The notes beneath the pieces are model-generated. The model worked only from the letters and a program-made list of their open reading frames with translations. It was not told the origin of the DNA and did no database searches. Below, one piece after another: positions 10,286 to 20,534 of a DNA stretch of 32,000 nt. Position numbers and translations under genes: made by a program. Source of the DNA: Burkholderiales bacterium GJ-E10 (GTDB taxonomy: Bacteria > Pseudomonadota > Gammaproteobacteria > Burkholderiales > Burkholderiaceae_F). The first letter of the stretch is position 1; every line of letters begins with the position of its first letter. Location of the stretch: contig AP014683.1 in NCBI GenBank assembly GCA_000828975.1, positions 1,537,700 to 1,569,699 of the forward strand, read 5' to 3'.

Positions 10286-10508
10286 TCTCGAGTGTTTCAA
10301 AGTCGGGAGGCAGGAAACGGCAGCCCCGCTGGCAACCGCCCTCCGCGTCCGCAAAAAGTCCGGATTTTCCGGCAGATGTCGGAAATCGTGGTTGGTTGCA
10401 TAATTTACCCGATCTGCGCCACGAGACGTGGGCAACCCCCTGCGGGCAGCACCCCGACTGGCGGCACCCGGCCGCCACGGCACCGCAGACGTGGCGCGCG
10501 GAGCGCGA

Positions 10509-10925
10509 TTGAAGCTGCATTATCAGGCGCCATCGAATTCCAGCACCGTGACCGGCTACGGACCCGGATATATCGAAATCGACCGGGTCCGGTACGCCTG
10601 GAACGAATGGGGCGGCATCCTGCTCGCCCCGGAAGCCGGCGTACAGCATTGGGCCGTCGCCGACCCGGCGGCGCTGGCGGCGGCCGACGTGGCGCCGATC
10701 CTGGCGTTCCACCCCGAAATCGTGCTGTTCGGAACCGGCCCCCGCCAACGCTTTCCGCAGCCGGAGGCGATCGCTCCCCTGGCGCAGGCGCAGGTCGGAT
10801 TCGAGGTGATGGACACCGCCGCGGCCTGCCGTACCTTCAACATCCTGGTTGCGGAAGGCCGCCGCGTCGTCGGCGCGTTCTTCCCCTCCGATGATCCAGA
10901 CCCTTCCGTCCCGGAAAAACCATGA
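10509..10925 (+). CDS. Mth938-like domain-containing protein (DUF498 type)
   Basis: [43 protein letters not shown]...[15 protein letters not shown]...[29 protein letters not shown]. Probable TTG start; the listed ORF starts at 10428. Confidence 0.78.
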   Translation: MKLHYQAPSNSSTVTGYGPGYIEIDRVRYAWNEWGGILLAPEAGVQHWAVADPAALAAADVAPILAFHPEIVLFGTGPRQRFPQPEAIAPLAQAQVGFEVMDTAAACRTFNILVAEGRRVVGAFFPSDDPDPSVPEKP

Positions 10926-11401
10926 CCGAAACCATCCGCCCCGGCCAACCCGTACCCGACTTTTCCGCCGCCTCGACCGCCGGCGAATTCCGCCTCTCCG
11001 AACTGCGCGGCAGCATCGTCGTGCTCTATTTCTACCCCAAGGACAACACGCCCGGATGCACCACCGAGTCGCGCGACTTCGCCGCGATGCACGACCGCTT
11101 CGTCGCGGCGGGCGCGCGTATCGTCGGAATTTCGCGTGATTCGCTGCGGTCGCACGAGAATTTCCGCGAGCGGCAGGAACTGCCGTTCGAACTACTCGCC
11201 GACACCGACGAGGCCGTGTGCAACCGGTTCGGCGTGATCAAGCAGAAGACCATGTACGGCAAGCCGGTCCGCGGCATCGAGCGCAGCACATTCCTGATCG
11301 ACGCCCAGGGCGTCCTGCGGCAGGAATGGCGCGGCGTGAAGGTTCCGGCCCACGCCGAAGAGGTACTGCGTGCCGTCCAGGTGCTGGCGAACGGGTCCTG
11401 A
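10922..11401 (+). CDS. bcp: Peroxiredoxin, PrxQ/Bcp type
   Basis: YFYPKDNTPGCTTESRDF, KTMYGKPVRGIERSTFLID; ATGA overlap with the upstream gene. Confidence 0.93.
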   Translation: MTETIRPGQPVPDFSAASTAGEFRLSELRGSIVVLYFYPKDNTPGCTTESRDFAAMHDRFVAAGARIVGISRDSLRSHENFRERQELPFELLADTDEAVCNRFGVIKQKTMYGKPVRGIERSTFLIDAQGVLRQEWRGVKVPAHAEEVLRAVQVLANGS

Positions 11402-11453
11402 CCCCCGCCCGCCGCGCCGATTTCCGTTCTCCCTTCGCCGAAAGAAGCTCCCG

Positions 11454-13100
11454 ATGCCCCTGCCCAAGGCACCCAGCAAGCCCGCGACGATTCTCGACCT
11501 TTCACAAGCCCATCCGCCGGCGCACACCAAACCCGCGGCAGGCAGTCCGGCCAAACACGCGGCCAAGCCTGCGGTCTCGCACGGCGCCCCCCGGCACGCC
11601 GAGGCCGCGCTGGCCGCCGCACCGGAATCCCCCCACGCCGCGGCCGGAGCGGCAGCGCGCCTGTCCCTGGTCGAGACGCCCGTCCGGACCGGCAGCCGCA
11701 AGGCGCGCGCGCCGGCGGCGCGCCCGCGCCTCTTCGTCCTCGACACCAACGTGCTGATGCACGACCCGAGCTGCCTCTTCCGGTTCGAGGAGCACGACGT
11801 CTTCCTGCCGATGATGACGCTCGAGGAACTCGACGGGCACAAGAAGGGAATGTCCGAAGTGGCGCGCAACGCCCGCCAGGTCAGCCGCTCCCTCGACGGA
11901 CTGGTCGCCGCCTGCGAAACGCCGATCGAAGACGGGATCCCCCTGTCGTCGCTGGGCAACACCGAGGCAACCGGAAAGCTGTTCCTGCAGACCCAGACGC
12001 TGGGCGGGGCCCTGCCGGCAAACCTGGCGTCGGGCAAGGCCGACAACATCATCCTGGCGGTGGTGCGAGCCCTCAAGGAACAGGATCCGGCGCGCGACGT
12101 GGTGCTGGTGTCCAAGGACATCAACATCCGCGTCAAAGCGCGCGCCCTCGACCTCGCCGCGGAAGACTACTTCAACGACAAGGTCCTCGCCGACAGCGAC
12201 ATCCTCTACACCGGGATCTATGCCCTGCCCGCCAACTTCTGGGAGCGCCACGCCAAGGGCGTCGAATCCTGGCAACAGGCGGGAAGCACGTTCTACCGCA
12301 TCCAGGGAACGCTGGTGGCCGACCTGCACGTCAACCAGTTCGTCTATCTGGAAAGCGGCACGCCGTTCTACGCCCAGGTGCGGGAAATCCGCGGCAAGAC
12401 CGCGGTGCTGCGAGTGCTCCGCGACTATCTGCACGCCAAGAACGCCATCTGGGGCATCACGGCGCGCAACCGCGAACAGTGCTTCGCCTTGAACCTTCTC
12501 TGCGACCCCGACTGCGACTTCGTGTCGATCATCGGCCAGGCAGGCACCGGCAAGACGCTGCTGGCGCTGGCCGCCGGCCTGGCGCAGACCTTCGAGAGCA
12601 AGCGCTTCAGCGAAATCATCGTGACGCGGGCGACCGTCCCGGTCGGCGAGGACATCGGATTTCTGCCGGGCACCGAAGAGGAAAAGATGGCGCCGTGGAT
12701 GGGCGCGCTCGAGGACAACCTCGAGGTCCTCAACCGCAGCGACGAAAGCGGCGGCGAGTGGGGCCGCGCGGCGACCAACGACCTCATCCGCACGCGCATC
12801 CGCATCAAGTCGATGAGCTTCATGCGCGGCCGCACCTTCGTCAACAAGTTCCTGATCATCGACGAAGCGCAGAACCTCACGCCCAAGCAGATGAAGACGC
12901 TGGTCACCCGCGCCGGGCCGGGCACCAAGGTGGTGTGCCTGGGCAACATCGCGCAGATCGATACGCCCTACCTGACGGAAGGTAGTTCGGGCCTGACCTA
13001 CGCCGTCGATCGGTTCAAGGGCTGGACGCACGCGGGCCACGTGACCCTGCAGCGCGGCGAGCGCTCGCGGCTGGCGGATTACGCGGCGGAAGCGCTGTAG
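11454..13100 (+). CDS. PhoH family ATPase with N-terminal PIN domain
   Basis: PIN part LFVLDTNVLMHDPSCLFRFEEHDVFLPMMTLEELD; PhoH part IIGQAGTGKTLLALAAGL, VTRATVPVGEDIGFLPGTEEEKMAPWMGAL, FLIIDEAQNLTPKQMKTLVTRAG. Confidence 0.93.
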   Translation: MPLPKAPSKPATILDLSQAHPPAHTKPAAGSPAKHAAKPAVSHGAPRHAEAALAAAPESPHAAAGAAARLSLVETPVRTGSRKARAPAARPRLFVLDTNVLMHDPSCLFRFEEHDVFLPMMTLEELDGHKKGMSEVARNARQVSRSLDGLVAACETPIEDGIPLSSLGNTEATGKLFLQTQTLGGALPANLASGKADNIILAVVRALKEQDPARDVVLVSKDINIRVKARALDLAAEDYFNDKVLADSDILYTGIYALPANFWERHAKGVESWQQAGSTFYRIQGTLVADLHVNQFVYLESGTPFYAQVREIRGKTAVLRVLRDYLHAKNAIWGITARNREQCFALNLLCDPDCDFVSIIGQAGTGKTLLALAAGLAQTFESKRFSEIIVTRATVPVGEDIGFLPGTEEEKMAPWMGALEDNLEVLNRSDESGGEWGRAATNDLIRTRIRIKSMSFMRGRTFVNKFLIIDEAQNLTPKQMKTLVTRAGPGTKVVCLGNIAQIDTPYLTEGSSGLTYAVDRFKGWTHAGHVTLQRGERSRLADYAAEAL

Positions 13101-13175
13101 CGGCGATTCCGGAAGCGGGCCCCGGCCCCGCCGGGGCATGGCAGCCAGAGCGTGGCTCCCGGTACGCCGGCCAGC

Positions 13176-14573
13176 TCAGAACGGCGGCGGGGTCGACAGT
13201 GCCAGGTTGTCGAAGCGCGTGTGCTCGCCGCCGAACCGCAACTGGACCTTGCCGATCGGTCCGTTCCGCTGCTTGCCGATGATGATCTCCGCGACTCCCT
13301 TGTCCGGCGTGTCGGGGTTGTAGACCTCGTCGCGGTAGATGAAGAGGATCACGTCGGCGTCCTGCTCGATGGCGCCGGATTCCCGCAGATCCGACATCAC
13401 GGGGCGCTTGTCGGTACGCTGCTCCACGGTGCGGTTCAACTGCGACAGCGCCAGCACCGGCACCTTCAGCTCCTTGGCGAGCGCCTTGAGCGACCGGGAG
13501 ATCTCCGAGATCTCGGTTGCCCGGTTCTCGCCCGCGGACGAGCCCGACATCAGCTGCAGGTAGTCGACGATGATCATGCCGAGCTTGCCATACTCGCGCG
13601 CCAGGCGGCGCGCCCGCGCCCGCAATTCGAGCGGCGCCAGGGCGGGCGTTTCATCGATGTGCAGCGGCGCGGTATGCATGCGCTCGATGGCCTCGCTCAG
13701 GCGCGGCCAATCCTCTTCGAGCAGGCGCCCGGTACGCAGGCGCTGGGCGTCGATGCGCCCGACCGAACCGAGCATCCGCAAAGCCAGCTGCTCCGCGCCC
13801 ATTTCCATGGAAAACACCGCCACCGGCATGCCCAGATCGATCGCCACGTGCTCGCCGATATTGAGCGCGAAGGAGGTCTTACCCATCGATGGCCGGCCGG
13901 CGATGATGACGAGGTCGCCTTCCTGGAACCCGGCAGTCTTGCTGTCGAGGTCCTTGAACCCGCTCGGCACGCCGGTGACGTCGCCGTGATTCGGTCGCTC
14001 GAACAGCTCCTGGATGCGCTCGACCACCTTGGACAGCAGGGGTTCGAGCTTGATGAAGCCACCCCGGCCCCGCGCGCCCTGCTCGGCGATCTGGAAAACC
14101 TTGGTTTCGGCCTCGTCGAGGATCTGCTTGGCCTCGCGCCCTTGCGGGCTGAGCGCCGAGTCGGCGATCTCCTCGCCGACGCGCACGAGTTGCCGCAGCA
14201 CCGCTCGTTCGCGCACGATCTCGGCATAGCGCCGGATGTTGGCCGCGGAAGGCGTGTTCTGGACGAGCTCGTTGAGATAGACGAGGCCTCCGGCGTCCTG
14301 GTCCTTGCCGCTGGTGCGCAGGGCCTCGAAAACCGTCACCGCGTCCGCGGGCCGCGACTGGTCGATGAGCCGGGCGATGTGCTGGAAGATCAGCCGATGG
14401 TCGTGCCGATAGAAGTCATCGGGCGCGATCCGGTCGGCGATGCGGTCCCAGGCGCCGTTGTCGAGCAGCAAGCCGCCCAGCACCGAGGTTTCCGCCTCGA
14501 TCGAGTGCGGCGGCGTGCGCAGCGCGGCGATCTGGGTGTCGGGAGTTTCCCGTTCGGAGGGGGACCAGTTCAT
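13176..14573 (-). CDS. dnaB: Replicative DNA helicase DnaB
   Basis: PPHSIEAETSVLGGLLLDN, LVIIAGRPSMGKTSFALNIGEHVA, IIVDYLQLMSG, LSQLNRTVEQRTDKRPVMSDLRESGAIEQDAD. Confidence 0.98.
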   Translation of the reverse strand: MNWSPSERETPDTQIAALRTPPHSIEAETSVLGGLLLDNGAWDRIADRIAPDDFYRHDHRLIFQHIARLIDQSRPADAVTVFEALRTSGKDQDAGGLVYLNELVQNTPSAANIRRYAEIVRERAVLRQLVRVGEEIADSALSPQGREAKQILDEAETKVFQIAEQGARGRGGFIKLEPLLSKVVERIQELFERPNHGDVTGVPSGFKDLDSKTAGFQEGDLVIIAGRPSMGKTSFALNIGEHVAIDLGMPVAVFSMEMGAEQLALRMLGSVGRIDAQRLRTGRLLEEDWPRLSEAIERMHTAPLHIDETPALAPLELRARARRLAREYGKLGMIIVDYLQLMSGSSAGENRATEISEISRSLKALAKELKVPVLALSQLNRTVEQRTDKRPVMSDLRESGAIEQDADVILFIYRDEVYNPDTPDKGVAEIIIGKQRNGPIGKVQLRFGGEHTRFDNLALSTPPPF

Positions 14574-14634
14574 CGTTTACCACCCTCACACCCGCCCTCT
14601 CCCGACTTGCGGGAGAGGGGGATTCGGCAGTTCC

Positions 14635-15087
14635 TTACACGTGCTCGCCGAGGACCGAAACCGTGATCTCGACCACGACGTCGGTATGCAGCGCGACCGC
14701 GACCTTGTAGTCGCCGATTGCCTTGAGCGGGCCTTGCGGCAGCCGGACGTTGGCCTTCGGAACCTCGAAGCCCTGCTTGCCCAGCGCTTCGGCGATATCG
14801 AAGTTGGTCACCGATCCGAACAGTCGGCCGTCGACGCCGGCCTTGGCGGTGATCTGCAGCGTGATGCCCTGCAGGCGCTCGCCCGCTTCCTGGGCCGACT
14901 TGAGGCGTTCGGCGTGCACGCGCTCCAATTCCGCGCGCTTGACCTCGAACTCCTGCAACGCGGCCTGCGTCGCACGGCGGGCCTTGCCCTTGGGAATCAG
15001 GAAGTTGCGCGCGTAGCCGTCCTTGACGCGGACGACGTCGCCCAACTGCCCCAGATTGCTGATCTTGTCGAGAAGAATGACTTGCAT
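14635..15087 (-). CDS. rplI: 50S ribosomal protein L9
   Basis: [36 protein letters not shown]. Confidence 0.98.
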   Translation of the reverse strand: MQVILLDKISNLGQLGDVVRVKDGYARNFLIPKGKARRATQAALQEFEVKRAELERVHAERLKSAQEAGERLQGITLQITAKAGVDGRLFGSVTNFDIAEALGKQGFEVPKANVRLPQGPLKAIGDYKVAVALHTDVVVEITVSVLGEHV

Positions 15088-15107
15088 GATGAATCCTGCC
15101 CCGGCGC

Positions 15108-15416
15108 TCAGTGAATGTCCGTGTACGGCAACAGCGCCAGGAAGCGCGCACGCTTGATCGCCGTGTCCAGCTGGCGCTGGTAGTGCGCCTTGGTTCCCGT
15201 CAGGCGGGCCGGAATGATGCGGCCGTTGTCCTGAATGAAGTCGCGCAAGGTGTCGACGTCCTTGTAGTCGATGCTTTCGACCTTCTCCACCGTGAACCGG
15301 CAGAATTTCTTGCGCTTGAACAGCGCGTTCTGCTGATTGCCGCGCCGCCCGCCCGGCTTGCCGCGTCCCTTGGCGCCGAACTTCGGCTTGCCCCCGCTTC
15401 GCATCACTGCACTCAT
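15108..15416 (-). CDS. rpsR: 30S ribosomal protein S18
   Basis: [68 protein letters not shown]. Confidence 0.97.
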   Translation of the reverse strand: MSAVMRSGGKPKFGAKGRGKPGGRRGNQQNALFKRKKFCRFTVEKVESIDYKDVDTLRDFIQDNGRIIPARLTGTKAHYQRQLDTAIKRARFLALLPYTDIH

Positions 15417-15437
15417 TGCATGCTCCGAAAAAACTCG

Positions 15438-15755
15438 TTATCGAATCCCAGATGCGGATTCCCCAGGAACCCGCTCAACCTGCGTGATATGCACCACCAC
15501 ACGCTTGCTCCGTTGGCTGCGCGGCGCGAGAAACCCCGTGACGCGCAACGCAGCGCCCAGGCTCTCCGCCGCCAGGGTCCTCGCCGCTTCGCCGATCGCC
15601 ATCGCGTCGACGGAAAAATCAAGCGTCCGGGGAACTCCGGCTTCGACCGTCTCCGAGCGGTGTTGCAGTTGCATTTCCAGCACCGCAACGCCCGCCGGGG
15701 TGGTCCGTAGCGCAGCCCGTTCGACGAGCACCGCGTTCAACACGACGCGGTTCAC
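15438..15755 (-). CDS. priB: Primosomal replication protein PriB
   Basis: Small OB-fold type protein [35 protein letters not shown]...[23 protein letters not shown], between rpsF and rpsR. Confidence 0.9.
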   Translation of the reverse strand: MNRVVLNAVLVERAALRTTPAGVAVLEMQLQHRSETVEAGVPRTLDFSVDAMAIGEAARTLAAESLGAALRVTGFLAPRSQRSKRVVVHITQVERVPGESASGIR

Positions 15756-15765
15756 GTCGAACCGG

Positions 15766-16140
15766 TCAAACCGCCGGAACTGCCGCCTGCTCGGTCACCG
15801 TCTTGCGCGCTTCTTCGCGCTCGACGGTCTTCATCATCGGGCTGGGGCCCGTGACGGCCTTCTTCTGCACCGTCGTGAGGTGCCGCAGGATGGCATCGTT
15901 GTAGCGGAAGCCGTGCTCGAGCTCGTCGAGGGTGGCCTTGGTGCATTCGATGTTGAGCAGGATGTAGTGGGCTTTGACGAGCTTCTGGATCGGGTAGGCC
16001 AGCTGGCGCCGGCCCCAGTCCTCGACCCGATGCACCTGGCCGCCTTGCGACGTGACCAGCGTGCGATACCGCTCGATCATCGCCGGGACCTGCTCGCTTT
16101 GGTCCGGATGGACGATGAAACAAATTTCGTAATGACGCAT
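15766..16140 (-). CDS. rpsF: 30S ribosomal protein S6
   Basis: [29 protein letters not shown]...[30 protein letters not shown]; start taken at ATG 16140. Confidence 0.97.
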   Translation of the reverse strand: MRHYEICFIVHPDQSEQVPAMIERYRTLVTSQGGQVHRVEDWGRRQLAYPIQKLVKAHYILLNIECTKATLDELEHGFRYNDAILRHLTTVQKKAVTGPSPMMKTVEREEARKTVTEQAAVPAV

Positions 16141-16238
16141 GAACACTCCTCGTGGATTCACCCTGACGGGATCAGCCGCCCGGAAAGCGTGACGCTCCGG
16201 TGCGGCAAGGAACCGCGAATTGTAATACAAACCGCGGC

Positions 16239-17459
16239 TCAGATTTCCCCGTCCAGCAGCTGCGCGGCGGCCAGCGACTTGAGCAGCGCGTCGTTGCAGG
16301 CCGCGATCGGGATCGCGAGATATTCCGCCTGTTTGCGCACCATGATCGGATCACTGCGCTCGATGGCCTCGATGAGCGTCAGGTACGGCCCGTACGGTCC
16401 CGTGCGGTGCAGCACCGCTTCGACGATCGTCTCCGACAGGGAAATCAGCTCGAACAACCGGTCGAAGGGGGCGCCGGTGATGTGATCGAGAAGGGAAAAC
16501 GCGCCCGTGATGAACAACTCGTCCCGGATCTCCGCACCGTGGTTGGCATTCGCGCCGATGGTCTCGAGAAAGATCCCGCGACGGATCGACGCATGCATCA
16601 GCGGCAAGGCGTTGGCTTCCCGCGACGCGGTCGCCAGCAACAGCGACAACCAGCGGTTGAGCTTCTTGTATCCGAGCATCATCACCGCATGCTGGAACGA
16701 GGTGATCTGCACCGGCAGATTGAACGCCGCCGAGTTCACCAGCCGCAACAGCTTGAACGCCAGCGCCGGGTCGCGCCGCAGGGTCAACTCGATCTTCTGC
16801 AGGTCGGCGTCGTCGCGCACCAGGCGCAGCAGTTCCAGCACCACCGCCTGCTCGGGCTGCAAGGGCCGGACCGCGGACACGGCCGGATCCTCGATCGGCC
16901 AGCCCACGCAGGCCACCGCATCGCGCTCGAAGGCCGCGACCGCATCGGCGACCGTCTGCACACCGGTGATGACGTAGGGCAAGTGGCGTACGGCGCCGGC
17001 CGGCGCCGGTGCCACCCGCCGGCGATCTTCGCTTACATGGATGATCGCGAACTCGAAGCAGGACAGCAGCGCCGGGGGCAAGGGTACTTCGGGCCGTCCC
17101 CGCAGCGCCAGTCGCTTGCCGTCCCGGAACAGGGCCTGTGTGATCCCCTGGGTCTGGGGATCGACTAGCCGGTTGGCCGGAATCTCCAGCAACGCGTTGC
17201 GCGGCGATTTCCACTCCAGCACGGACTCATCGAACTCAGCGTCGAGTGGTGCCACCAGCACCGGCTGCACCGCCTCCGACCAGATCGAATTGACGGCATC
17301 GAGCACGCGTCCGATCGGGGGCCGCTGCGCCGGATTGATCGCCAGCATGGTCAGGCGCGTACCCATCGCCCTGCGCTTCTTGTCGATCAGCGGGGCATAG
17401 CAGATACACACCGAACCCAGCAAATCGCCGGGAATCCCATTTTTTTCCGGAAGATTCAT
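16239..17459 (-). CDS. HDOD domain-containing protein, possibly with a degenerate EAL-like N-terminal region
   Basis: C-terminal half [49 protein letters not shown] matches the HDOD pattern; the N-terminal half has the position of EAL-HDOD proteins but no clear catalytic motif. Start uncertain (M at the [12 protein letters not shown] position is an alternative). Confidence 0.82.
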   Translation of the reverse strand: MNLPEKNGIPGDLLGSVCICYAPLIDKKRRAMGTRLTMLAINPAQRPPIGRVLDAVNSIWSEAVQPVLVAPLDAEFDESVLEWKSPRNALLEIPANRLVDPQTQGITQALFRDGKRLALRGRPEVPLPPALLSCFEFAIIHVSEDRRRVAPAPAGAVRHLPYVITGVQTVADAVAAFERDAVACVGWPIEDPAVSAVRPLQPEQAVVLELLRLVRDDADLQKIELTLRRDPALAFKLLRLVNSAAFNLPVQITSFQHAVMMLGYKKLNRWLSLLLATASREANALPLMHASIRRGIFLETIGANANHGAEIRDELFITGAFSLLDHITGAPFDRLFELISLSETIVEAVLHRTGPYGPYLTLIEAIERSDPIMVRKQAEYLAIPIAACNDALLKSLAAAQLLDGEI

Positions 17460-17603
17460 TGATCCATCACAGCTATGACAGGCTCACTTTCCCCGGGAGT
17501 CTATTGCCTCCCTGGTGAGTCGGGTCTGCGGAACTATGCGGCGACGCGCTCCGAATTCCCGGGATCGGTGTACCGTTGCGGCTGGTTTCCGCCGACGCCT
17601 CCG

Positions 17604-18428
17604 ATGCGCAACGACCCCGCCCTGTTCCCGAGCCTGCTTGCCCCACGGCAACGCGATGCCCACAAAGGCGATTTCGGCGCCGTCGGGGTGATCGGGGGGA
17701 GCCGCGGCATGGTCGGGGCCGTGATCCTGGCCGCACGCGCCGCCTTGCGGATCGGCGCCGGCCGGGTCTACGCCGACTGCCTCGGCGCACCCGACCTGCA
17801 GCTGGATCTTCTGCAACCGGAATTGATGTTGCGCGCCGAACAGGACTTTCCGGCCGCCCTCGACGCCATCGTCGCCGGCTGCGGACTACACGGAGACCCA
17901 GCGGCCATCGGCGCGCTCGCACGCGCCTTCGACCGCACCGCTGCCCTCGTGCTCGATGCCGGCGGACTGACACAGCTTGCCGCGGATCCGGCCCTGGCGC
18001 GGCGGTTCACGACGCGCGCCGCGGTCCGGGTCATCACGCCGCACCCGGGCGAGGCGGCCCGGCTGTTGGCGTGCGACACCGCTGCCGTGCAGGCAGACCG
18101 GCCGGCAAGCGCGCGGAAACTGGCGCAGCGGTTCTCGACCATCGCGGTATTGAAGGGATCGGACACGGTGATCGCCGAGCCTGGCGGGGCGTGCTGGATC
18201 AACCCGACCGGGGGTCCGGCGCTGGCCACTGCGGGCACCGGCGACGTGCTGGCCGGGATGATCGGGGGCCTGCTGGCCCAAGGCTACCCTGCGCTCGACG
18301 CCGTGCGCGGCGCGGTATGGCTTCATGGACGCGCCGCCGACCTGCATGGCGGCGACCGCGGCCTCACCGCCTCGGAGATCGCCCCCCTGGCGATGCGGGC
18401 GTGGGACGCCCTGCGAAAAACGACGTGA
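17604..18428 (+). CDS. nnrD: ADP-dependent NAD(P)H-hydrate dehydratase (NnrD/YjeF C-terminal type)
   Basis: AHKGDFGAVGVIGGSRGMVGAVILAARAALRIGAGRVY, VITPHPGEAARLL, NPTGGPALATAGTGDVLAGMIGGLLAQG. Internal ATG 17604 preferred; the ORF opens at 17475. Confidence 0.9.
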   Translation: MRNDPALFPSLLAPRQRDAHKGDFGAVGVIGGSRGMVGAVILAARAALRIGAGRVYADCLGAPDLQLDLLQPELMLRAEQDFPAALDAIVAGCGLHGDPAAIGALARAFDRTAALVLDAGGLTQLAADPALARRFTTRAAVRVITPHPGEAARLLACDTAAVQADRPASARKLAQRFSTIAVLKGSDTVIAEPGGACWINPTGGPALATAGTGDVLAGMIGGLLAQGYPALDAVRGAVWLHGRAADLHGGDRGLTASEIAPLAMRAWDALRKTT

Positions 18429-18453
18429 CCGCGCGGGAGCGCGGGGATCCCTG

Positions 18454-20382
18454 CTACGGCGTCGGATCCTGGCGATTCGCGGCGCTCCCGGGCAACAGAT
18501 CGGGACGCAGGATCTTCACCCCGAATCGGTCGCGCAGCCCTTGCACATAGGCCTCGGCCTCGGCTTCACCCACGCCCGCCATCCATTGGCGCACGCGCCG
18601 CGCCTGGGCCCGCGCATCGCCGGGGGACGCGTCGGACTCCGACAGCACATGGACCACGGCATAGGAACCGTCCGCTTCGGTCACCCCGACGTAGGTCGGC
18701 AGGCTGCCCACCGGCACGTTCATGATGGGTTCGACCGCCGCGCCGGAGAGTTCATCCTGCGTTCCCCGTGCCAGCTCGCGTGGATCCCCAAAGCCGCGAT
18801 CGTCGGGATGCGCGCGCAGCGCGGCCAGGCGCGCCTCGCCCGCCTGGCGCGCCAGCTTGGCGGCCGCCGTCTGCCGCAACTGGGTTTCGACCTCCGCCCG
18901 CACCGCCTCCAGCGGCTGGTCCGCCGCCGGGACGACCTGCATCACATGGACCGACACCAGCGTGTCGTTGCCGACGTCGATCGCCTTGGTGTTGTGATGA
19001 TCCTCGACGGAATCGGGCGCAAACGTCGCCTCCAGCACCGAGGGGGTGAAGATCGCCGCCAGTTCCGGCTGCGCCACGCCGCTGCGCGGGAGGACGTCCA
19101 GGGTATGGAGCGGCAGATGGAATTTGGCCGCCGCGCCGCGCAGGTCGTCGGGGTTCTCGTAGACGAAATCGGAAAACTGCTCCGCCTCGGTGGCAAAGCG
19201 CTTGGCTGCGGCATCCTTGCGCATCCGGGCTTCGATCGCCGCACGCACCGCCTCGAACGGCTTGGCCTGCGCGCCCCGGATCCCGGTGACGCGAATGAGG
19301 TGATACCCGAACGGCGTCTCGACGATGCCGCTGGTTTCGCCATCCTTCAGCGAAAACGCCACCGCCTCGAACGGCTTGGGCATCACCCCGTGCCCGAACC
19401 AGCCGAGATCGCCGCCCTTCGCCGCCGACACCGGGTCCTGCGAATATTTCCGTGCCAGCGCGGCAAACTCCCCCGGATGCGCACGCACCGCCTGCAACAC
19501 CTTCTCGGCGAGGCGATGGGCCTTGTCCTTCTCCGCCGCCGACGCGCCCGGCCGCACCGCGATGAGGATGTGGCTGGCGCGCACCTGCCCGGTCGCCCCC
19601 CAGCGCGCCTTGTGCGCGTCGTATTCGGCGCGCAGCTCGGCTTCCGGGATCGAGATTCCGGCCGCGAGATCGGCCAGGCTCAGCACCAGGTACTGCACCT
19701 TGGCATGCTCGGGACTGCGGTACGCAGCCCGATTCGCATCGTATGCCGCCTTGACGTCGGCATCGGAAATCCGGACCTGGGGAAGATATGCATCCGGCCG
19801 GAACGACAGGACGCGGATCTTCCGGCGCTGGTCGGCCAGCGCGAACAGCCGCTTGGACACCGTCATGGGCAGGAACGCGCTGCCTGCCACACCCGACTCC
19901 AGCACCTGCCGATCGATGTCGGTGCGCAAGCGCGTCTCGAAGTCGCGCTCCTCATAGCCGCGCGCGGTGAGCATCCGCCGATAGAGCACGTAATCGAACC
20001 GGCCGTTGCGCTGGAACTCCGGAATCGACGCGATCGCGTCGCGCAAACGGGCATCGGTGACGACGAGATGGGCCTGCGCCGCCTCGTGGTCCAGCGCCTT
20101 GTCCGACAACAATTCGTCGAGGGCCGCAGCGCGGACCTCGGGTGTGTTGAGCATGTCCGGGTTGACGTTGGGCAGCATCGCCGCCATGCGCGCGATGCGG
20201 TTGCGCACGGCAAAGTCGAGTTCCGGCTGGGAAATCACCTCGCCGCCGACCTTCGCCACGCCGTCGCCCTGGCCGAAGTAGCGGGTAAACCCGTAGATGC
20301 CGGAAAAAATGAACGGGACGAATGCGGCCACCGTCAGAATGGGCAACAGCCAGTTGCGGTGGCGACGAACGGTTTCGAACAT
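18454..20382 (-). CDS. ppiD: Peptidyl-prolyl cis-trans isomerase PpiD (SurA-like N-domain, parvulin domain)
   Basis: [37 protein letters not shown] membrane anchor; parvulin domain [15 protein letters not shown]...[45 protein letters not shown]. Confidence 0.93.
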   Translation of the reverse strand: MFETVRRHRNWLLPILTVAAFVPFIFSGIYGFTRYFGQGDGVAKVGGEVISQPELDFAVRNRIARMAAMLPNVNPDMLNTPEVRAAALDELLSDKALDHEAAQAHLVVTDARLRDAIASIPEFQRNGRFDYVLYRRMLTARGYEERDFETRLRTDIDRQVLESGVAGSAFLPMTVSKRLFALADQRRKIRVLSFRPDAYLPQVRISDADVKAAYDANRAAYRSPEHAKVQYLVLSLADLAAGISIPEAELRAEYDAHKARWGATGQVRASHILIAVRPGASAAEKDKAHRLAEKVLQAVRAHPGEFAALARKYSQDPVSAAKGGDLGWFGHGVMPKPFEAVAFSLKDGETSGIVETPFGYHLIRVTGIRGAQAKPFEAVRAAIEARMRKDAAAKRFATEAEQFSDFVYENPDDLRGAAAKFHLPLHTLDVLPRSGVAQPELAAIFTPSVLEATFAPDSVEDHHNTKAIDVGNDTLVSVHVMQVVPAADQPLEAVRAEVETQLRQTAAAKLARQAGEARLAALRAHPDDRGFGDPRELARGTQDELSGAAVEPIMNVPVGSLPTYVGVTEADGSYAVVHVLSESDASPGDARAQARRVRQWMAGVGEAEAEAYVQGLRDRFGVKILRPDLLPGSAANRQDPTP

Positions 20383-20534
20383 GGGGTAGCCGTGCAAGGA
20401 TGCCGCCAGCGCCGCCCCCCCGATTCCGATGCTCCGGGAACGCCGCGCCGTCGGTGCGTGTCGACAAAAGACCGCCATGTTACCGGCTTTTCCGAACTCC
20501 GCGCCCGCCGCCGGCTTCCGATCCCGCCTCGCGA

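Noticed and set aside
9084-10748. Upstream extension of the 991-aa - strand ORF before hom
   Set aside because: It reads out of frame through alaC; homoserine dehydrogenase begins at [12 protein letters not shown] (9083), overlapping the alaC stop by ATGA.
11502-13139. 545-aa - strand ORF opposite the PIN-PhoH gene
   Set aside because: Antisense shadow ORF; the + strand product has clear PIN and PhoH motifs.
13112-13139. GC-rich inverted repeat (GCCCCGG...CCGGGGC) between the PhoH and dnaB genes, considered as bidirectional terminator
   Set aside because: Short stem and no T-run on either side; in DNA this GC-rich such repeats are expected often by chance.
17440-17446. Run of 7 T (A7 in the coding strand) near the start of the HDOD gene, considered as phase-variation tract
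   Set aside because: Too short to argue for slippage on its own, and the true start codon may lie downstream of it.
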